Assembly (NCBI GenBank): GCA_964016885.1
Contig: OZ024741.1
Span: forward strand, 305,102,001 to 305,166,000
DNA length: 64,000 bases
Direction of reading: 5' to 3'
DNA from: Eledone cirrhosa
Taxonomy: Eukaryota
Of this stretch, positions 54,728 to 64,000 are shown piece after piece. Below the pieces are notes generated by a model. The model was not told the origin of the DNA. It ran no database searches and was given only the letters and a program-made list of their open reading frames with translations. Both the position numbers and the translations under genes were made by a program. The first letter of the stretch is position 1, and every line of letters begins with the position of its first letter.

Positions 54728-57700
54728 GTGAACTAAATAAGTAATTATTGTATATTAGCATCCAAAACAATACAGTAGGCGTTAGGAAATTTGCTGCAGT
54801 AAGGTAAGAATTTTAATTGATGAAAAAGTTTTATCCTTGATAACGAGACCAATCCCTATTTAAATGAGTGAAGGTGCGTGGTTTAGTGGTTAGGGCGTTT
54901 GGCTCACGGCGCATTGTCATTGAGCAAGATACTTTATTTCACGTTGCTTCAGTACAATCAGCAGGAAAAAAAACCAGTTGTACCTGAAATTCAAAAAGCT
55001 TGTCTTGAAATACATTGTGTCACGTTGAATCTCCTTGCATGTAAATGACACCAGTAAGCTCCTCCGTTATTATCAACTGGAACACTCATCGTCGTAACCA
55101 ATGGAAAACCAACATACATATAATTGACTAATTCACTAAAGAAAATAGGTACGGGAGACAACCCCGAGATTGTTTTTATTTTCCATTTAGCTACAAATAT
55201 GACGTTGTAACCAAAAATTTACCAATTAGAAATCAAAGGGAAATTTTTTCATGTCATGAATTAATTTATTTCAAGTTTGTCTCTTTAACATTACTGTTGA
55301 ATCAACTGGAAGTCAATCAGGTTTGTCGCCGCCGTCTGCTTGAGAGAAAACTCTGTTGAATAATCGCCGAAAACTAGGTAAAATAAATAATTATTTTTTA
55401 CATAGCCACCACATTAATGAGTTTTACATAAACTGCCATTATTGAGGTTGTTTCGCTTTAGGTATATAAAATAGCAAATAATAAAATGAAGGGAAAATCC
55501 AATAATAAAATTAAATTGAAAGAAACGCGCAAGTTTTATCGTAGTTTTAAGCAAGATTCTTTCTTTTCTATGACTCGTATCTGTTTCTCCCTCCTTGTTA
55601 ATTCATTTGGACAGGAGGCAATTAACTGCAAGCAATCTGTTGTGAGGTGGTAAATCGGTATTGGAAAAAGGAAATTACAATTAAATTATTTGGTAAATTT
55701 TTTCTCTCACAAATCTGCAGATAAACAAAATATTAAAAAGACGGAAGATTTACAACGAAAAAATAGGCACCTTTCATTTATATTTTATTGTCTGCATTTT
55801 ATATACCTATAGCGAAACATCAACAAATCAACATCCATTATCAATGTAAAAAGGAAATTAGGTTCTTTCGTTTTAAGTGGACTGCAATCTTTGATCAATA
55901 ATTTCACTCATTCATTTAGATTTTAAAAAAATCATTATCAATCATGATTTAATTTTAAGCATTTTCTTTTGCTAATAAATAAATCGTTCCGAATTTACAC
56001 ATACAATACAAAATTCCTGCGGAAAAGAGATAAATTGATGCTGCATGCATGTTCTATTTCTTTTTCTTTTACTAATAAATCATTCTGAATTTTATTTAAT
56101 TCATTGAATTTTTTTAGACAGCGATTGCTGTCTACTTAAAACGAAACAACGATAGTTATGGAAACCAGTAAAACTTTAGTTGGGACACAGTAACCGGGAT
56201 GGGAACTCATTGCTATTATACAACTCTTACAAACAAAATTAGATAACATCGCCTTTTTAAATATAGTTGCAAGTAGTTGGATTTACCGCAATTGAGTGCG
56301 TAGGAATTTGTTTTTCTCGTTTAGTTACCGTCCTACTGTTGTTGACGTATAAAGTTGGCAATAGCCAGGAAGCGACACCAGGTAGCAGTCTGTTCAATGA
56401 GAACGATTACTTTTCAAGTGTAATAAAATAAATTACCTCCCCATTTCACACGCACATACATGCATACACAGGGAGTTTTTTTTTTATTCCATCTAGATAA
56501 CATTTTTCTTTGATACTTCTGTTATACTTGAATTATATATATACACACACGATTGATTCATTCCTTTGAAATCATCAGTAATGTTAGATAATTGTTTCTA
56601 CTTTCGGCACAAGGCCAGCAATACTCAGTACATTACTGGTACTTTTATTTTATCGACCTCGTAAGGATGAAAGGCAGGATTTGAACTCAGATCGTAAAGG
56701 GACGTAACTATGCTGGAAAGCATGTCCGACCCTCCACCGATACTGCCAATTCACCACTGTAATGTTAGATAATTGTTTCTTATATAGGCACAAGGCCAGC
56801 AATTTTGGGGGAGGGGAAAGTCGATTAAATCGACGCCAGTGCGTGACTGGTACTTTATTTTATCGACCCCGTAAGGATAAAAGGCAAAGTTAACCTCGGC
56901 GGGATATGAGCTCAGATCATAAAGGACCGTAACTCTATGCGTCAAAGCATGGCATCCGGCTGTTAGATAATATTGGTCAAGTTGGGTTATTTATACATTT
57001 CTTTTGGGGAAGGGAATGAACGGAAAAAAGGAGGTCTTTTGCCGTTTCCCCTTCTGCCTAATTTCACTCAGAAGCCCAAGATTGTGTTACTTCGAGCATG
57101 TCTTACTACTTTTAACCACACATAGGTATACGAAAAAAAGAGTCAATTAAATTTCGGTAAGACTTTAAAAACAATTTAAATTGTTAATATTTCATGAGAT
57201 GTGAATGAGTAAAATTAGTACTACTTGGTAAAAAATAAACAGTTACTACTATATATACCACCGCAGCCAGAAGAATTAATTCGGTTTGTCATTATTTTTT
57301 TTTTCTGCGTAAGTTTCGACCAACGAAACAGCCTCCTCATAAAATTAACGTAGTGCGGCCGATTGTCGACGGCCCTTTACGGTCTGAGTTCAAATCCCGC
57401 CGAGGTTAACTTTGTCTTTCATCCTTACGGCGTCGATAAAATAAAGCACCAGTAATGTACTGGGATAATAACTGGCCTTGTGCCAAAAGTAGAAACAATT
57501 ATAAAGAAACTATTATATTATATAATATTATATTATATGATAAGGCGGTGGATTGGCAGTATCGGTGGAGGGTCGGACACCATGCTTTCCAGCGTAGTTA
57601 CGTCCCTTTACGATCTGAGTTCAAATTCCGCCGAGGTTGACTTTGCCTTTCATCCTTACGGGGTCGATAAAATAAAGTACCAGTAATGCACTGGGTAATT

Positions 57701-57819
57701 GCTGGCCTTGTGCCTAAAGTAGAAACAATTATATTATATGATAAAATAACAATCTCTTTTATTCATTGAATATGTAGTTAGTAATTGTTCTGGGTTTTCA
57801 GGTTTAGTTGACACGGGAA

Positions 57820-58055
57820 TCAACAAAAATATTTACACATGTATTGTGTACTGTCGGATTGTCTTGCTTTTAGATATACTCTTACAGAGCAAAAGACAGC
57901 AACGTCGCGAGGAGTACTGGGCAACCTCTCTAATGATTTTTGAGGCAAGCCAGCACACTCGCAGCGTTGCCTCGGGTGATGGCGAGGCTGATGCATTGAA
58001 ATAGCCAAGCACCCTCGCGAGATTCGCCAGTTACCTCTGTTAGGCGAGCCGAATT
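57820..58055 (-). mobile_element. CRE-clade retrotransposon C-terminus / 3' end fragment
   Basis: RLTEVTGESREGAWLFQCISLAITRGNAASVLACL; high nucleotide similarity to 60950-61045. Confidence 0.75.
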
Positions 58056-59260
58056 TACTTTCATTCTAAAAAAAAAAAAAAATCTTAGTGAGATGCAGCG
58101 TAACAGTGTATGAATCATTACAGGTACAGTCCGTCTACCCCAATTTCATTCCAATCTATGTAAATGACCACCAACATATCACGCAGTGGGATCTAAGCCG
58201 TGACCTAAACTTTTATATACTGTGGGGCGTCCTCAAGTATTGCGAGCATTCTGTACAGTTCACCAAAACTCATGAATTGATCCTCCCCCCACTTGTAGTA
58301 AATTTTTGGGGGTATTGGGACCTCGGTTTCAGTGGGAAATAATTATTTTATCTTCGTTTTCTTTTCTTTTTCTTTTTTTTTTTCCGAACGTGCCTCAAAG
58401 GACGTTTTCACAGGAAAATGCAGAGGTAAGGGTTTCCGCTAGGATTCCCTTCACCCCCTGAATTTTTTTTACCTTTTTTTAAATTCTTGTATAGACCCTC
58501 GGAGTTTCGCAGATCTACGCCCCTCTCGCGTTTAGTGGGAAATAGTTTTTTTCCCCCCGACATTTGTTGTGAGTACGGTTAATTAAAAAACGAATGACAC
58601 ACGGAAAAAAAAAATAGGGGGGAGGGAGTACTCCAAGGTCCTCCTCCTTTCTCCTCCATTTTGCTGCATGATCAGAGGTCAGATTAGTTGATAGCACACG
58701 AAAAAAAAAAATGAGAAAATAAAAAGAAAAGGGAAAATAATTATTATTTCTCACTGAAATCGAGTGGGGTGTTCTATACAATAATTTCTGATTTAGGCAC
58801 AAGGCCAACAATTTTTGGGGAGGAATCGATTAAATCGGTACTGGTACTTTATTTTAACGACCCCGTGAGGATGAAAGGCAAATCTACCCTCGACGTGATT
58901 TGAACATAGAACGTTAAGGGACGTAACTCTATGCCGCAAAGCATGTTCGACGCTCTACCAATACATTGCCCTTGGCAAAACTTTTCTTCTTATTAGATGC
59001 TGCCGGCCTTGTTATTTTCAGAGATATTTTAATTCTGATGGTTACACACATACAAATACGATTTAAATAATGAATATGATTTACAAAAGAAACAAACCAA
59101 TAGAAATTAATCAAAGAAAAAATGAGAGATGTGCACATTTAATTTCACACTATAATAGCAGGACAGCATTATTCATATGTTTTTAGTTGAGTGGAAGAGT
59201 GAAGTAGAGAAGTATCAGAGAGGCCTCGAAATACGTGAAAACCGATGAACCAGACCATAG

Positions 59261-60915
59261 GTTGATACAACCTAATACAATATTGGCCGGTGACGCCGGA
59301 CTCGAGCTCTTGGAGAGTCTGACTCAGTTTGTGAATCAGTTCTCTTCAGTGAACGTTCTCCCGTTCATCCGTCCACTGTTCTTCGGTGCGAAGCTATTTG
59401 GTCTCACCAAGGCCAACGGTGTCCTGCACCCCATTGTGGTTGGCTGCACCCTTTGCCGCCTCACTGCAAAGGCGTGTTTGCTGTTGGTCTCCAACTCACT
59501 GGCGGAGGAGTTTTCTCCCATCCAGCTGGGGGTGGGTACCAAGTTGGGATGTGAGGCTGCTGTCCACGCTACCAGAACATTTACCAACTTGCCCTCCTTG
59601 TCCCCCAAGATCATCCTCAAACTTGACCTCAGGAACGCCTTTAACTCCGTTAGCCGCGACGTCGTCCTCGGCTCAGTAAGAGAGAGGGTCCCACAACTCT
59701 ACCACTTTGCTTGGCAGGCTTATCGGGAACCCTCCTACCTCTCTTTCGGTGACCAAATCATCACCTCTGCCTCAGGAGTCCAACAGGGTGACCCACTCGG
59801 GCCCGCTCTGTTTGAACTGGGCATTGATGACATCACCAAGATGGGGGTTGAGTTGGACCTCAATGTCTGGTACCTCGACGCCGCCTGTTTTTTTTTGGGG
59901 GGGGGGGAACTCCGGATATAGTTCTTGCCACTGCCAACAAGATGGTTGAGGAGTTTGGCCGCCGGGGTCTCCAGGTCAATAGCTCCAAATGTGAGCTCTG
60001 GATCCTCAACCACCCAGCTTCTCAACACCAACAGTTAATCGACCTGTTTGCAGAGTCCTTCCCTTCCATTGCCCCAATCACAAACCTTGTCTTCGAGTTA
60101 ATCGTTCAATCGAAGATGGTTGGCCTTGAGCAGCTGCTGAAGAATATCGAAGCTATCGAACCCCATCAAGGTTTCTTCATACTCAGGAACTACCGTTCTA
60201 TTCCTAAGCTTCTGTATCTGCTCAGGGTCAGCCCCTCTTACAGATTTCCATCCTGCCTCCAACGCTTCGATGACCTAGTCTTCGAGAGACTCGAGTGCCT
60301 GGTCAATGTTAGACTCTCTCCAGAGTCCCGCGATCAGGCTGCGCTGCCCAAGCGATTTGGGGGTCTTGGTTTTCGTAAGTGTTCGTCCCTCCATCTCCCC
60401 TGCTTCCTTTCCTCCACCCACGTTTGCTTTACCCTGGTGAGCAGCATCCTCTCCTCTCCAACATGGACTAGTTCCAACAGAGTTGAGTGAAGCTCTCCAG
60501 CAATGGAGCGAGTTGGGCTTGTCTCTTCCTGAGAAGGTGGAGGACAGTCGAAGTCAGGGAACTTGGGACAGCATAAGTTTGAAGGCCACCTTCGACTCCC
60601 TCTTCGTCCAGTCAAATCAGTTTGCAAGTTGCCGCTTACTATCTGCCAGCGCCAAATACTCAGGCAACTGGGTTGATGCCCTACCCGTGGCCAACATCGG
60701 TGGCCTACTCAGCCTGGATGAACTTCGTGTCTCCATCGCTCTAAGAGTGGGAGCTGACGTCTGCATGGGTTTGAGGTGCCAATGCGGCAAACTCCTCGAC
60801 TCCACAGGCCTCCACGGTCTTTATTGCCGCCTGAATGCCGGCCGCTTTGTGCGTCACATGGAGCTAAACCTCATTCTCAAGAGAGCTTTGGCGGCCTGGG
60901 CAAACATCTCCTCAA
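59261..60915 (+). mobile_element. CRE-clade non-LTR retrotransposon: RT plus CCHC finger, frameshifted, truncated before the RLE catalytic motif
   Basis: LHPIVVG..LCRLTAK...QLGVG..GCEAAVHA...LKLDLRNAFNSV...GVQQGDPLGPALF...WYLD; LP.RFGGLG; CQCGKLLDSTGLHGLYC....GRFVRH..LN. Confidence 0.88.
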
Positions 60916-61690
60916 TCGAAGGGGTGAACAACCGAGCCAACACAAGAGAAAAAGACAGCAGCGAGGAGTACTGGACAACCTCTCTAATGATTTTTGAGGC
61001 AAGCCAGCACACTTGCAGCGTTGCCTCGGGTGATGACATGGCTAATGCGCTGGCTAAAGGTGTTCCGGAGGTCAAGTTTGAGGATGACCTTGGGGGATGA
61101 GGAGGGCAAGTTGGTAAATGCTCTGGTAGCGTGGACAGCAGCCAGACATCCCCAGCTGGATGGGAGAAAACTCCTCCGCCAGTGAGTCGGAGACCAACAA
61201 CAAACACGCCTTTGCAGTGAGGTGGTGATGGGTGCTGCCAACTGCAATGGGGCGTAGGTCTCCGTTGGGCTTGGTGAGACCAAATAGCTTCGCACCGAAG
61301 AACAGTGGGCGGATGAACGGGAGAACATTCACTGAAGAGAATTGAGTCAGACTCTCCAAGAGCTCGAGTCCGGTGTCACCAGCCAATAAGGAGATACCAT
61401 CCTTGAGGTGTTGAAGATGAAGGCCGTCAATTCCCGCGCCTGACCCATCGGGGAAGGATGAAATCACCTTACTGATGATATCGGTGGTGTAAACCATTCT
61501 TGAGTATTCTGGTGGTTCGGGCCAGTGTAGCTGATCATCTGGGGGTGCTGATGGGTGCTTCTCTTTCAGTCGCTCAAGAGAATCAGAGTTGCAAGGGAGG
61601 ACAGAGAAGAGAGGAGACGGACAGCCCCTTTAATGTCAAATTCGCTGAATTTGACATTGACCGTTCGCTTGAGGTCTACTGGTTGTCTGT
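60916..61690 (-). mobile_element. Internally deleted CRE copy, inverted relative to 59261-60915
   Basis: FDIKGAVRLL...LERLKEKHPSAP; SFPDGSGAGIDGL; LRPIAVG; then LKLDLRNTF joined directly to SQRIS..ITRGNAASVLACL. Confidence 0.85.
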
Positions 61691-62143
61691 TGGCATTCTG
61701 TAATTTTCTCAATTACGTTTTTGGTCCTCTGTGACTCCTCGTCACTAACTTTGATCCAATTACTCAATCAAAATAGTGCTACTGATCTCTCAGATGGGCC
61801 ATGGAGTGGGGGAGTGTGCTTATTACATGATATATATATATATATCATCACCGTTTAACGTCCATTTTTCCATCTAGCATGGGTTAGATGAGTTATACAA
61901 TAATAATAATGAAATTATTGTGTACAGTGCTCAGGTGCATTGAGCAATGCCAGGTCAAGTGACCATGTCTAGTTCATACAGAATTGATTTAGGCTTGATT
62001 TCTACAGCTGGATGCCTTTCCTAGCGCCAACCTCATTTACAGTGAGTACTGGGTGCTTTTTGTTGTGACACCTACACAACTGCAGTGTGGATTGGGTGCA
62101 TATATATAGCTCTCTTTGTGGACAGAAGGATAAGAGTACTTTT

Positions 62144-62183
62144 ATTCTGATGAACAGCCAGTTAGCTGTGAAACAAAGGCAAT
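62144..62183 (+). ncRNA. Degenerate hammerhead motif (cleavage triplet GGC, probably inactive)
   Basis: ATT CTGATGA ACAGC cagtta GCTGT GAAAC aaa GGC AAT. Confidence 0.5.
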
Positions 62184-62235
62184 CTGTTATATTTTTCCAG
62201 GTGTAAAGAGAATAAGAATATTTATAGATATACTG

Positions 62236-62405
62236 TCATCATCATCATCATCATTAGCAGCAGCAGCAGCAACAGCACCCCCAACATCATCATCATCACA
62301 GCAGCAGTACCCCCAACATCATCATCATCATCATCATCAGCAGCAGTACCCCCAACATCATCATCATCAACAGCAGCAGCAGCAGCAGCACACCCCATCA
62401 TCCTC
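62236..62405. repeat. Compound (CAT)n/(CAG)n repeat with a higher-order CAGCAG(T/C)ACCCCCAACATCATC unit
   Basis: Direct reading, about 4 higher-order units. Confidence 0.85.
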
Positions 62406-63446
62406 ATTATGATCACCACTGTTTAGCATCTATTTTCCTTGCTTGCATGAGTTGGGTTATCATGTTCTGTAGCTAGACTGATCAAATTTCCACAACTTGC
62501 TCATATGCTCTATTTTTCATTTGATTTCTCTGGATGGGGTCCTGTCCTAACTCCAACTACTTTACATCATGTGTACTGGGAGCATTTTATCATAGCATCA
62601 GTGACTACTTTACAGTGTGGAGTGGACGTTTTTTTATCATGGCATCAACACTACCAATTTACAAAGTAGGCTGAATATGTTTTATTGTGGCACCAACACT
62701 ATCACTTTACAGAGTCAACTGGGTGCATTTAATTGTGGGCTCAGCACTACCAGTTTACAGAGTCAACTGGGTGCATTTTATCGTGGCTTCAGCACTGCCA
62801 CTTTACAGAGTTGGTTGGGTGCATTTTATCGTGGTACTAACACTACCAATTAACAGAGTGGGCTGGGTGTTTTTCATCATGGCACATGAGAATAAAATGA
62901 TGACAACCTGATTTGCCAGTTGTCAACAATTTCCAACTGATAATCTGGATTTGAACTCAGAATCAAAACTGCCAAACTACCACATATGTCAACTTTTCTA
63001 ATAGATGTATATAATGTTAGGAATAGTTTTTAAATTGGACATTTCTTTTCATAGGATTTTCTCAAAAATTGATGGAATTCATTTACAACCCAGATGATTT
63101 TCAGTGGAATATTCCAGATTGTTCAACATATAAAGATATACCTTTAAGCAAAGTAAGTATTTGATATAAAATATTTATAGAATACTCTATCAAGTGTTTC
63201 CTAGCTGAATTGCTTGATGAGTAAATTAGTTTAGAATAATTTGTTTGATGACCAAATTGTTTAATAAAAGACCTTTCTGGTGATCAGCATTATCCCAAAG
63301 CATTCTAAAATGGATCTAATATACATCTGATAGGTACAGGCATGGCTGTCATCTTAAGTTTACTTCAGATCAAGGTGGTTTCAGGGTCAGTCACAATGCA
63401 TAATGTCCAATGTTTCTGAATGAATTTGGTAAATGGAAACTGTGGA

Positions 63447-63474
63447 CATGTGTGTGTGTATATATATATGTGTG

Positions 63475-63509
<35 letters not shown>

Positions 63510-63612
63510 ATGTATATATATGTGTGTGTGTATATATATGTGTGTGTATATATATATATATGTGTGTGTGTATATATATATATATGTGTGTGTGTGTATA
63601 TATATATATATA
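63447..63612. repeat. Compound (TG)n/(TA)n microsatellite
   Basis: Direct reading. Confidence 0.9.
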
Positions 63613-64000
63613 TTGGAGGCACATGGCTTAATGGTTAGAGCATTGGCCTTGCAATCAAAAGGTTGTGAGTTCAATTCTCAGACCGAGTGATGTGTTGTTT
63701 CCTTGAGCAAGACACTTTATTTCACATTGCTCCAGTTTACTCAGCTGTAGAAATGAGATGATAGGGACCGGGGTCCATATCATTCCACTGCAAAGTGGTC
63801 GTGGAGGTGTCACAGCAAAAAAAAAAAAAGCACCCAGCACTCACTGTAAATGAGGTTGGTGTTAGGAAAGGCATCCAGCTGTAGAAATCAAGCCAGAATC
63901 AGTTCCCGTCCCACCCTTGCAAGCAGGGAAAAGCAGACGTAAAATGATGATGATGATATGTGTGTGTACATATATATATATCATCATCACCATCATCATC

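Noticed and set aside
57541-57640. tRNA gene
   Set aside because: A/B-box-like head of a multicopy SINE; no cloverleaf
49400-59000. Head-to-head AIDA gene as in vertebrate BROX loci
   Set aside because: No AIDA-like coding sequence recognised upstream of BROX

Overview
AT-rich, microsatellite- and retroelement-laden animal genomic DNA. The repeat landscape (RTE LINEs with (GAT)n tails, tRNA-derived SINEs, Penelope remnants) suggests an octopod cephalopod; this is inferred. Two host genes lie on the minus strand. (1) A complete 11-coding-exon BROX gene (ATG 49361 to TAA 25029; 1263 nt, 420 aa, C-terminal CaaX CLIS), assembled by hand from splice sites with consistent phases. (2) The first coding exon (4895-5272) of a PH-domain protein whose remaining exons I did not find in the window. 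The rest is decayed mobile DNA: CR1/L2-type, Tx1-like and RTE LINEs (the RTEs carry a PHD-type finger), a Penelope RT/GIY-YIG remnant, a rearranged GC-rich CRE-clade cluster, mariner and DD37D transposase remnants, TTAA- and TA-flanked MITEs, two SINE families and a 26-bp minisatellite. The least obvious signal is about 9 minimal type I hammerhead ribozyme motifs. Four sit in two non-coding inverted-repeat elements with one hammerhead per arm (1052-2007 and a spacerless 330-bp palindrome at 14369-14698). Most short ORFs in the track are microsatellite or antisense noise.
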